From: Selaginella moellendorffii
Lineage: Eukaryota > Plantae > Lycopodiophyta
DNA: 64,000 nucleotides
Direction of reading: 5' to 3'
Assembly: GCF_000143415.4 (NCBI RefSeq)
Contig: NW_003314264.1
Coordinates: 2,489,710-2,553,709 of the forward strand
The translations under genes and the position numbers were made by a program. Below, one piece after another: positions 53,585-64,000 of the stretch; within the stretch, counting starts at the first letter, position 1, and the number at the start of each line of letters is the position of its first letter. The notes beneath the pieces are model-generated. The model saw only the letters and a list, made by a program, of their open reading frames with translations, was not told the origin of the DNA and did not search any database.

Positions 53585-55149
53585 ATGTATCAAATTAAGG
53601 TGGACATGACACGAGCTCCTGTGGAAGCGCTATCGATTTCCAGCACTGTCAGGACGAGCTTTCTCACTGATTTCAACCCCTCGCCTTGCCCAGCCGAGAC
53701 GCTCACGGCAGAATGGTAAGCAATTCCCTCTTGAGTTTTACTTTGATTCTTCACTTCCCTTCTCTAAAGTTGCTCTAAAGTTGCTCGCCTTGGAAAAATT
53801 CTCTATGTAACTAACGGCAATGCGTTTGCTTCGAATGGATCCAGGTGGAAAGTCTTAGAAGGAGCAGATCTTATGGAATTCAGCTCCAACGAGAAGCAAA
53901 AGAGTGTCTCCGCTAGGTGGGCGCAGCTAAAGAAGAAAGTCGGCAAGGTGAGAATTTGGAGCCTTCTTATCAAGTAGCAAGAAAAGTTCTCGTTTTGACT
54001 GGAAGGTTCCTTGGTTTTAGATTACGCGAGGTCGTTCCGAGGACGATGACAATGCAACCAACCTTGCAATCCAACACTGGCTCGAAGCTGTAAGCACCGG
54101 AGGCTCGAAAGAGAATGTTTTTTGGTGCTAAAGTTTCGTTTGCGCAATGCAGATCGATGCAACACATCGTTACGGCCACAATTTGCACGTTTATTTCAAG
54201 TTCTGGGAGAAGAGTGACACAAAGGAGCCATTCTTTTACTGGCTGGATTACGGAGAAGGGAGAGGCGTGGATCTGCCGGACAAATGTCGCAGGTTCAAAC
54301 TCATGGAGGAGAAAATTATCTATCTAGGACCTGTAAGATTGGAACTCTTTTCCTCTCTCTCTCTCTCTCTTTTCGTTATTTTTTATTGCTTTCGTATGGG
54401 TTTGAACTGGTCCATTTGTGCAGAAGGAGCGAAAGCCATACGAAGTTGTGTTCGTCGACGGGAAGTTTTGCTACAGGCAGACCAAGAAAAACTTGGATGG
54501 CGACCAGATGATCTTCGTCTTGAGCACAAAAAGGAAGCTGTACGTGGGAAAGGTACTAACAAAAACTTCGCCAATTCCAGTCTACCAAGCTTAAACTTTT
54601 GTGTCTTTCTTCCTTTTCCAGAAGGAGAAAGGTAGATTTCAGCACTCCAGTTTCCTAGCGGGAGGCCCTGCATTAGCTGCTGGTCGTTTGACTGTGAAGG
54701 ATGGGGATTTGAAGGTAAACTTGTGCACAAGGTCGCCTTCTTTTGGACTGACCATAACATTTCTTGCTGTCTCTGTAGTGTCTTGAAGCACACAGCGGTC
54801 ATTACCGGCCGAGCGAGATGAATTTCAAAAACTTTGTCGACTTGTTGTCCTCCACTGGTGTGGACGTCACTACAATGGTGCGTATGATTCTATCCTTCAA
54901 ATTGGCTTTCGTATCTCCGAGTCGTGGCCTTTGACAATTAACAAAGTCTTGCTCTGGTTGCAGATCCTCGCCGGTTCTCACGACGAATCCAAAGGTCGAC
55001 AGAGATCTCTCAAGCGGCGGCAGAGCAGCCACGGGCATGAAATGCAAGACGCCCAGGAACAATATCAGGCACTCGTTCTGAATGCCGACGCTGACAACGA
55101 GACTTCCGGTACATTTTTTGATCCCACAATCTACACTCCTTTCGTGTAG
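53585..55149 (+). CDS. IQM-family protein (IQ-motif-containing family), apparently lacking the IQ motif
   Basis: [69 protein letters not shown]. Eight exons. Confidence 0.88.
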
Positions 55150-55895
55150 AGGCAAGCTGGAGGAAGGCAACAAAGTGGAGCAAGCAAGCAAGCATGCACC
55201 AGAGATGACTCTACGCTCGTCTTCCTCGCGCTGTACAGATTGTCCGAGAAGAAAGAAAAAGAAACAAGCGGACAAAGTCTCGCGAGAAATGTACAAAATG
55301 ACTCATTTTGTGAGAGATTCTTTTGCAAATTCTCATCTAATTCAACTCGAAGGAAAACAAAGTTTCGGATCTTGTGTTCTTGGGACTCTAGAGTTTGTAG
55401 AGACTAAACTTCCTCGTCTTTTTAGCGGCGAAAAAGCGCTCCTTGGCATGGAATTTCGTGTTGGGTGGTGGATGCCTTGGAGCCCAAGGCAAGTACTAGA
55501 GACAAACACATACACACAAAGACCGCCAGTTTTATCTCTAGGAAGAAAGACCGAGCTACCAGAGAACCAAAAATAAAATATGGTCTCTCCCAGAGATTGA
55601 TTGGGACCCTCCGAGAGATACTACAATTTTCTGTCCAAAGTCAATCTCCCCTATTGCGCTCTACGTCTGGAAGAGTGTAAGAGATTCCTATCACTGTGGC
55701 GAAGTCAAGCGAGTTCTCAAAAGGTCGCTTTTGGAAGTCTGTTTTATCTTTCTTTCGCAAGAGCATGGAAGGCAGCTAAACCGCGTTGCTTTGCTGGTAA
55801 CAAAGTAGAGAGAGTTATATAGAAGAGCAGTGGACGACCAGTTCCTCACGATTAAACATGGCAAGGACCGAAGCACAGAGGAAGAAGAAGGGCGC

Positions 55896-57873
55896 TTAAG
55901 TCGCGGCCGCGGTGGCGTTCGTGGGGTTTCCTCCGGGTCTTTTGTACGTTAAAGTCATGAGGAGCTCCAAAGATGTGTCGAGCTTGGATGGAGTTTGATC
56001 GTCCCGAGGCTTTGCAAGCCAAATGCGCTGGACGTTCTCGACTGGCAGGCTGGAGACGATGGGTTGGCCCCGGCAATTCAGTTCAACCTGGAGAAAGTCT
56101 CAAAAACGAGAAAGTAAAACACGAGAAAGGATGGAAGAAAGTTTGCGCTGGTTTTTGCGACGAGTCAGGAGGAGCAAGGGGGCTTACGTCGGTTTCGTTG
56201 CCGAGGTTTAGCTTCGTCGCAATATACTTCTTGACCAGCGATACGGGAAGTCGTCCGTCTCTGCGCGTTTTAGAGAAGTCAGTGGAGCTGAAAAAAACAC
56301 AAGTCGTCTTACGTTATTCTCACGTAGGGTGTTGTGATCGCGGGAAGCACCGAGTCGTCGCTCCTGTGGATCCGACAAGTCAGACGCGAAAGAGAAAAAA
56401 TAAAACAGAGAGAGATCGAGAGAAAGATGGCCTAGACTGAGACAAAAGCTAGCGAAGCCAGAGAAGTTTCTAAGGAAAAACGACTTAACTGGTTGGCCGC
56501 GGGCTTGAGAGCAAACCACACTCCATTGTCCGCTGTGACGACCTGGAAGCGAGGAGGAAGAGTAGCCTTGTAAAGTTCTCCGCCATTGTTGGCGCTGGTT
56601 CCACCGCGACGTCGAGGTACGCCTTTCGTCGGCCGGGAGAGCTTGGAGAAGCGTCCGGTGGTGGCCTGCCTTTTGATATCTCGGCCCACCGAGGAGGATG
56701 GCTGGTTTTGCTGCCTGGACGATCCTCCGGCGTGGTCCGAGTCCGCCAGCTCGGCCAAGTATGCGAGCGGAGAGTGATAGCCTGCTGCCACGGACTTGCC
56801 TTTATCTTCGCGAGTTGGTTTCTTCGCGTGGTTACCTGGAGGAAAATCAAAGAAAAACGAAGTAAGAGTTTACAAGATCATTATAAATGTGATGTCAGGA
56901 GACAAAGCGAAATGACCAGCGTACTTATCCATAGTTTACCAGTCAGGCATTCCCAATGAACAAAGCGAGTGCAGAGTGAAAACTTATCTCGAGTTACCAG
57001 GCAAATGCACGAAACTAAGAAACCGAAGGACTACTGTGCAATCAAGCAACTTCTAAGATTAAAACTTAGCATGCATGGAAAACGAAAGTGATAAAAGCAA
57101 CTTACCTGAATCACTGCTCTCGGATTTGTGTTCTTCGTCCTCTTCGCTCGAGCTTGTTATTTCTCGCTTAACTCTCGTGTAATGCTGCTGCTGCGGCCGG
57201 CTCGGCTTTCTCCGCCTGGATGACGATGGTGCCGAGAATACACCAAGAGAAGATAAGGACCGCTCTTTTCGTTTGAGACGTGGCAGCGGACTTGCATCGC
57301 CTGGAACTCGTACTCTTGGAGCTCCAGGAGAGAATAGCTTGTTACGAAGCTCATCGAGTTGAGGGTCAGGCCTGCGTGGTGAAAACGAAACAGTAAAAGG
57401 TAAGCCTCGAAGTACATCAAAACAGTCTTAAGAAACCCATGAAGATCACGAGACAACATGCTTGTTTCGCGGTCCAGTCTAAACACCAAAAAAACTCAAC
57501 ACGGCATCCAAACCCACTCGATCTCAAGGAACTCTGAAACCGATATTCTCAAAGCAAACCTGAGTTTCTCGAGAGGCGCGACACCGAGGTAGACATCACA
57601 GATCGGGCACGACTGTGTATCATCCTCGCTGAGCTTGAGATGTATACACTCCCTGCAAACTGCGTAACATCACCCACAAGTTTAGAGAGCTCGTAGAGCT
57701 CGTCAAGAATCTTTGATGCTTGTTAAAGAAGAAAAGATCTGGAGTGAGAGAAAGAAGAACTTACAAGAATGGAGGCACTCGCAGATGGTGGTCGCCTCGT
57801 CCAAGAGGCTGCTGCAAAGAGGGCATGTAAGGCATGCCACTAGAGGCGCCCTGGCAACCTTGACGACCTCCAT
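55896..57873 (-). CDS. BMI1: BMI1/DRIP-like RING E3 ligase (C3HC4 RING + C-terminal RAWUL), PRC1-type
   Basis: CLTCPLCSSLLDEATTICECLHSFCRECI...CPIC..LG..PLEKLRPD, KRKERSLSSL, VWFAL...LPAITTPYVRI.DGRLPVSLVKKYIATKL..VELNCRGQP. Confidence 0.9.
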
Positions 57874-58605
57874 TTGACGCTACAGCATCTCTACGCCCAT
57901 GGCACCGCAAAACCAAAGAAACGTTCAATAGGGTCAGGAAGAAACGCGACGGAAAGATACTTGCAGGCAAGAACTCGTGATGAATCGAGAGCTAGCTCGG
58001 TTGCATGGAGGAGGAATCCAGATCACTGGACATATAAACCCCCACAAGCGCTGCTAGATGCAAAAGTTTCTACGTTGAATCACGCGAGATGGCTGAAAGT
58101 TTGAGGAGACTTACATGTATATCGCTCGGATTCGAGAGCTCCGCGCTGGATTTCCAGCCCTATGGAAGTGAGCGGCTGTGTAAGCTAGACTCACGATCGT
58201 CGTCAAAAACAAACACCAAAGAATAAATCAAAGAGAGAAAAATAACCAAGAGTCGCGAGAGAAGAGAGATCTAAATCTTTCTCCTTGGCGAATGCGTGCT
58301 CGATTTCTAGGCAAGCCCACGAGGAAGAACTACCTTGTACGGGGATCAAACGAAAGACGCCACCACCAACACGAAGAATAGCGCCATGGCGGCCGCGTTT
58401 CACAAGCTCCTTGGAGGACTTCTTCGTCTCACACTCTTTCTACCTTATAGAAATACAAACTATAGAGCACCAAAGACTATAAAGGAAGAGAATTGGGGAG
58501 ATGGAGGACATGATATATATTCGAGCTGCCATTGGGAGCTAGTTTTAGGGATTGCTCCATGTCTCCGAGAGAAATCCGTCCGCGCCACCACGATCGTCGA
58601 GGTAA

Positions 58606-61185
58606 ATGCATTCCTCTAGCTTGGATGGCAGCCGCTCAAGGAATCCTGCCGCATTGCCGTCGAAATATCGGGATTTCTCGGGTGGAGCACGCTGGAAATC
58701 CTCGGTAGCTATGTGTTCTTCGCTAGGGCTAGAGATTGTGGAGGCGGGAGGCGTGGATTCTGGGAAGAGCGGTGCCGGGAATCGCAAGGTGGACAGGGCT
58801 ACGTCGATTGTTCTTGCGGCATTGAAGTCCTGCCGGGATTTGAGAAAGGGGAGGAAGATCCACGCGGAAATGGCCCGCGATCGCGAATCCAACATCTACG
58901 TCGCCACTGCGCTCGTCAACATGTACTCCAAGTGTGGCAGCCTCGCGGAAGCGAAGAGAGTCTTCGATCAGATGGAGGCTCGCGACGTTGTCTCGTGGAC
59001 GGCGATGATACTGGGCTATGCCGAGAGTGGCAAAGGTGACGAAGCGCTCAAGCTCTTCGAAAGCATGGAAGCTCTGCCGAATTCTCGGGCTTTCGTCGCG
59101 GCTCTCAAGGCCTGCTCGGCTCTTGCGACGAGAGAAGCTGTGCTCGATGGGAAGATCGTCAAGGTTGCGACGCTCGCGAAGGCGAAGGATTTGCACGCTC
59201 GAGCCGCGAGCGCTGGCTTCGACACGGACATCTTCGTCGCCAACACGCTGGTGGATTTGTACGCGAAGTGTGGAGCCATGGAACTCGCGAGAGAGGTATT
59301 CGATAGAGCCGCGCTTCGTCGCACCGTGGTCTCTTGGAACGCGCTGATGCTTGGCTATGCAGGAAACGGCGAGGAGAACGTAGCGCTGGAGCTTTTCGCT
59401 GCCATGCTACGTGAAGATGGCTTCCCTCCGGACTCACGGAGCTTCATCGCCGCGCTCAAGGCCTGCAGTGGCCTGGCGGCGAGAGAGGAAGCGAGGCGAG
59501 TGGATGGCAGGCTCGTCAAGCTCGAGAGCTTGAAGAGAGGGATGGAAATTTACGCACAGGCTGTGAGCAGCGGCTTCGACACCGACTTATACGTTGCCAG
59601 CACGATGGTGGACATGTTTGCGAAATGTGGCAACTTAGTCCAGGCTCGGAGGGTGTTTGACAGAATGGAGTACCGGAACTCTGTTGCGTGGAACGCACTG
59701 ATTCTCGGCTATGCCGAGAACGATGAGGAAGAGGTGGCTGTGGATCTGTTTCGGCGCATGGGAACAGGAGAAGCTTGCGCACCAGATGGCTCGACTTTCA
59801 TTGCGGTGCTCAAGGCATGCATTGGTTTTGCCGAGAAGGAAAGCCCGACGCAAATCGATGGGAAGGTGGTGAAGTTCCAGGCACTAAGAACAGGTATGGG
59901 AGTTCACTCTCAAGCTCTAAACCGTGGTTGTCATCGTGACAGTTTCGTGGAGAACGTTCTAGTGGACATGTACGCTACCTGTGCGAGCTTAGTGGATGCG
60001 CACAGGGTCTTCGACAGCATAGTTGCGAGGGATGTAGTTTCGTGGACAGCACTAATGCGGGGATATACTGAAACCGGGGAGCCAGAGGTGGCTTTGGATT
60101 TGTTCCAAGAGATGTTTGGAGCTGAAGCGTGCTGGCCGAACGCTCGGAGCTACCTTGTTGCAATCAAGGCATGCACTTGCCTCGCCGAGAAGGAGCCAGC
60201 CAGTGGAAACGAAGAACTTGAACAGGAACCGGAACTTGCGAAAGTCGGAGCTCTAGAGAAGGGGATGGCGATTCACTCTCGAGCTGCACAGGATGGATTA
60301 GTGGCTTCGAATGTGTTCGTCCCGAGCAGCTTGGTGGATATGTACACGAAGTGTGGCAGCATGGTGGACGCACGCAGAGTCTTCGACGAGATGTCCAAGC
60401 ACGACGTTGTTTCGTGGACAGCTTTGATTCTCGGCTACGCTGAAAACGGTCAGGGGGACTTAGCGCTGGAAAGTTTCTCGCGGATGCAAAGAGAAGGTTG
60501 TCTGGCGGACTCGAGAACTTATGCTGCTCTTGTCAAAGCCTGTGCAAGCGCCGCCACCTTGGGAGCTGTGAAAGCTGCCTATGGAGAGATTTGCCGCCGG
60601 GGACTTGAGGACGATGCGAGCTTGGCAACTTCTCTCATCGACTGCTTCGGCAAATGTGGGACCTTGGTCGATGCTCAGCTCGTCTTCGACTCTATTTCGA
60701 CTATAAAAGACCCGGTCTGCTGGAGCACGATCATCTCGGCTTACGGTCGCCAGGGTGACACTCAACGCGTTTTCTCTCTTTTCAACGAGCTCGTCGAGGC
60801 AGGCAAACAGGCAGACGGTGTGACTTATCTCTGTCTGCTCACGGCCTGTGGCCACTCGGGGCTTGTGGAGACCGGAAAGAAGTACTTCGAGACCATGCTG
60901 TCGTCGGGAGGAATAGCTCCTGCCATCGAGCACTACCACAGCATGATCGATCTGCTGGGACGGGCCAACAAGCTCAACGAGGCTGTAGACATGGCGAGAA
61001 GCATGCCGTATGAAGCGACCGACGTTACTTGGAGGACGCTCCTGGGTGCCTGTCACAAATGGAAAAATTTGGAGCTGGGAAGGATCGCGTTCCGGGAGCT
61101 AATTAGAGTGGATGCAAAGGATTCGTCTGCTTACGCGATGATGGCCAACTTAAGTCCAGCTTCAGAGGAGTTTGAAGGTGGCTGA
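58606..61185 (+). CDS. PLS-class PPR protein with E domain (no DYW), with elongated L motifs
   Basis: 859-aa single-exon ORF with P-L-S triplets and C-terminal 'HYHSMIDLLGRA...WRTLLGAC...SSAYAMMAN'. Confidence 0.93.
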   Translation: MHSSSLDGSRSRNPAALPSKYRDFSGGARWKSSVAMCSSLGLEIVEAGGVDSGKSGAGNRKVDRATSIVLAALKSCRDLRKGRKIHAEMARDRESNIYVATALVNMYSKCGSLAEAKRVFDQMEARDVVSWTAMILGYAESGKGDEALKLFESMEALPNSRAFVAALKACSALATREAVLDGKIVKVATLAKAKDLHARAASAGFDTDIFVANTLVDLYAKCGAMELAREVFDRAALRRTVVSWNALMLGYAGNGEENVALELFAAMLREDGFPPDSRSFIAALKACSGLAAREEARRVDGRLVKLESLKRGMEIYAQAVSSGFDTDLYVASTMVDMFAKCGNLVQARRVFDRMEYRNSVAWNALILGYAENDEEEVAVDLFRRMGTGEACAPDGSTFIAVLKACIGFAEKESPTQIDGKVVKFQALRTGMGVHSQALNRGCHRDSFVENVLVDMYATCASLVDAHRVFDSIVARDVVSWTALMRGYTETGEPEVALDLFQEMFGAEACWPNARSYLVAIKACTCLAEKEPASGNEELEQEPELAKVGALEKGMAIHSRAAQDGLVASNVFVPSSLVDMYTKCGSMVDARRVFDEMSKHDVVSWTALILGYAENGQGDLALESFSRMQREGCLADSRTYAALVKACASAATLGAVKAAYGEICRRGLEDDASLATSLIDCFGKCGTLVDAQLVFDSISTIKDPVCWSTIISAYGRQGDTQRVFSLFNELVEAGKQADGVTYLCLLTACGHSGLVETGKKYFETMLSSGGIAPAIEHYHSMIDLLGRANKLNEAVDMARSMPYEATDVTWRTLLGACHKWKNLELGRIAFRELIRVDAKDSSAYAMMANLSPASEEFEGG

Positions 61186-61360
61186 GAGAAAGCTCGGGGT
61201 ACTGATACTACACTTTGGTATGCACTTTTTCTGCCACTGGCTTGTTCTTGCTGGAAGAGGTATCTTTGATTCGAAAGGAGAAGCAAACGCTCTGCCACAT
61301 TTGAGTCCAAAACATCCCGTTGCTCGATCCGACTGTGATAAGTTCTAGTGGTGATAGGAC

Positions 61361-61630
61361 TGGTTCTTGTCAAGAGCACTGATTTGAAGTCTTTGGCCAT
61401 TCCACTATGTTCTTCGTTTTCTTAATTTTTTCTTGCAGTGATAGAGATTCTTGTACAATATGTTTGGTTCTTGTCAAAAGCGCTGATTTTAATTCCTCTC
61501 GACGTACTATGTTCTTTTTTTCTTGCACGATATGTTTGGTTCTTGTCAAATGCACGTCTTTGGCCATTCCTCTCGACGGACTATGTTCTTCATTTTTTCT
61601 TCTTCAGCAATAGAAATTCTCGTGTAATTG
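61361..61630. repeat. Three imperfect tandem repeats in the PPR-ABC1K intergenic region
   Basis: GGTTCTTGTCAA...ATTCC...ACTATGTTCTT...TTTTTTCTT recurs three times with variable spacing. Confidence 0.75.
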
Positions 61631-61760
61631 GACGCGGACCGACGAAATAGGAAGTTTCGTCAGCTAAGTCAAATGGAGCGAGTCAACTTTAGTAAAAGAC
61701 TCTAATGTATGTATGTAAAGAATGGGATTTTTCATGAATGTGTGTATGGCTTTTCACTTG

Positions 61761-64000
61761 TTACTTGATCATATCTTCAAACTTATCGAGACTCTTGACG
61801 CGTTTCATCCCCCAGAAGATGAACATCGAGAATGCTCCTGTGAACGCAATAGGAGATATTGAGTTACTGCGATTTTCCATAACGAAGATCACTTACCAGC
61901 GCCAAGGAAAGAGGCTATAGCAAAGTCTTGCAGTCCTTGGGTGCTCAAAGTCACACCCACGTTTACCAGCGTCGCAGCCGCCACCAGATTCATGGTCGTG
62001 GTTTGCAAAACCGAGGATTTCCTTGCTGCTCGCTCGGCCTGTATCGCGATCATTCCTGTGTTATAATCTTCTAAACTTTGTGGAGCGACGATCGCTTACC
62101 TCGAGAACCCTCACCCGGAGCTTGATATCGCCGTCCTCCAGCTGCTGCATAAATTTCTCTATGTGCTGGACTCTCATTGGCATCGCGACTGTTGCATCCC
62201 GTGTCTGGACGAGCACAAGGTATTTGGCACGAGGACAAAGAAACGGTCAAATGGTTTTTTGCTTACTTCCATAGCTTGGCGCTGGAGCTCCTGGACGAAA
62301 TCCCTTCTAGAGTCTCGGATGTTCAAAAGCTCCTGTAAATAAAAAAGAATGTTAAGATCCACATTTCACTGTAGAAACAGGTTGCTTACCTGAGCGTATG
62401 GAGCAGCAATCTTCGCAAATGAGAACTTTGGATCAAGAATATAGCCTATGCCTGAACAAAAAGAAAACTATTTAAGCATGATCATTTAAAGTTTGTGAAA
62501 GAAAACCTTCCAGAGTCGAGAAAGCACGTAACACGAATGTGAAAGTCGATGGGAAACGAAATGGTTGGTCCACAGCAATGGCAAATAAATCCTAGCATTC
62601 GTGAGAGACATGTTAGATTGGCTTCTATACGCTTGACATGCGCGTACCTCTCCTATAGCCGTGAACGTTGTGGCTTGATCGGGTCTTTGGCTCGTCAAGT
62701 TTTTCAGGAAGAATTGTATTGTCTTTTTCACCTGTTTTTGGCATGGAAGTTAACTCTCTGCTTGAAAATCTAGAATTTCTAGAAAGAAAACTTACAGGTC
62801 CCATGTCTCCTGTTGGAACCAAAGCACCCAAGTCTACCAATCCTTGAATAACCTGAGAAATGCTACTATTACCTTTGACGTGAAAGTGCTCTAGTTACCT
62901 TTGAAGCATCTTCCTCATACACCGCATAGAAGAGCTCCAGAAGCTTTTCCTTTGTGAAAGACTTGATTTCGCCCATCATCCCAAAGTCGTAGTAAATAAG
63001 TGATCCATCAACGTCCACTGCTAAGTTTCCCGGGTGTGGATCAGCATGGAAAAATCCAGTTTTTAAGATCTAGAAACATAACAGAAAACAATAGTGAAAA
63101 AACGTAAACAGGAATGTTTCGAGTTCGCTAACCTGAATGAGGTAAGCTTCAATCGCCCGAGATGCTATAAGAGAGCGCTTGTAGGAACCGGCGTCTAGAG
63201 CTGCCAAGTCATTGATTTTAATGCCTGCAAGACCGAGATGATAGAAATAAGGCTCGGACGGCTACCAATCGATTGTACCTGGGAGATACTCTAGTGTTAT
63301 GACCTTTCGCGACGTAAAATCCCAGTAAACTTTCTGCAGAGAAAACCCTTTTCGCGTTAGAAATGCACACTGGAGCAAGATTTCCTACTTACAGGGACTT
63401 TCACCCATTTGATATTCCTGAAATCACGTCGAAACTTATCAGCATTTCGTCCTTCATTTATGTAGTCGATTTCCCGATACAAAACTCTGCAAGAGTGATT
63501 GTAAGGACTCATAACAAAAACCATGGAATTTACGTAGCACATTCGTCGTAGATTCCCACCCAGTCTCTCAAAGGACCGCCAAGCATCTCGTCCTTTTGGA
63601 AGTATTCTGCTATAAACTTAAGATTGCCTGAAACAAACTTGTCAGACAAGAGAACGAGAAAACAAAATCTTACTTAAGTCGATATCGAACAGCTCTTTCA
63701 AGCCAGGCCTTTGGATCTTCACCACGACTTGCTCACCATTTCTAAGCACCGCTCTATGCACCTGTTAAAATAAAACAGTTCTTAGAACGTTGATCAACAC
63801 GCTGAAAGCAAAACTTCGATTTACTTGTCCAAGACTCGCAGCTGCCAAAGGCTGCCTTTCAAACTCCGAGAAGAGCACCTGCATCGGAGTATCCAGCTCG
63901 TTTTCAATCATGAGCTCTGCTTTTTCTGGAGAAAAAGCTGGAACTCGATCCTACACAGCACACATAAGCATAACATTCTCCACAAACACCGAGACTGTCA
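61761..64000 (-). CDS. ABC1K7: ABC1-like atypical plastid kinase (ABC1K7/SIA1-like), 5' part outside the window
   Basis: DRVPAF, PLAAASLGQVHRA, VVVKIQRPGL, EIDYINEG.NAD, GFFHADPHPGN, YYDFGMMG, QPFRFPSTF, and two C-terminal TM helices. Confidence 0.88.

Noticed and set aside
61361-61630. CRISPR-like repeat-spacer array
   Set aside because: Eukaryotic context, degenerate repeats with related rather than unique spacers, and no cas genes.

Overview
Gene-dense eukaryotic (land-plant) nuclear DNA with very short introns (mostly ~45-100 nt), tiny intergenic gaps and several PLS-class PPR genes. This pattern most resembles the lycophyte Selaginella (inference). About 19 intact protein-coding genes can be reconstructed by hand: RMND5/GID2, a peroxisomal SDR, two alpha/beta-hydrolases, PPRs, SUVH4/KYP, TFB4, a CDK-like kinase, COPE, SOQ1, a nucleoside hydrolase, a GLR, RRP40, adenylate kinase, a BT1 transporter, an IQM-like gene, BMI1/DRIP and a partial ABC1K7. 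The 3.5-13.7 kb stretch is an accessory zone with a MITE, LINE and Harbinger relics, a fused PPR::LRR-RLP pseudogene and a Helitron2-like element. The most notable features are: (1) a spliced Crinkler/RHS(CR)-type P-loop NTPase + restriction-endonuclease-fold gene (25972-28392) lying exactly between two copies of a tandemly duplicated, reciprocally decayed TFB4+CDK block; (2) an intronic H/ACA snoRNA in the adenylate kinase gene whose 3' pocket matches the 18S rRNA m1acp3-pseudouridine site; (3) a Helitron2/Helentron-like non-autonomous element present twice; and (4) unusual domain fusions (an FGxYKG domain + PPR, and an HMA-like fold + hydrolase). All exon structures and family assignments were made by eye, with no database searches.
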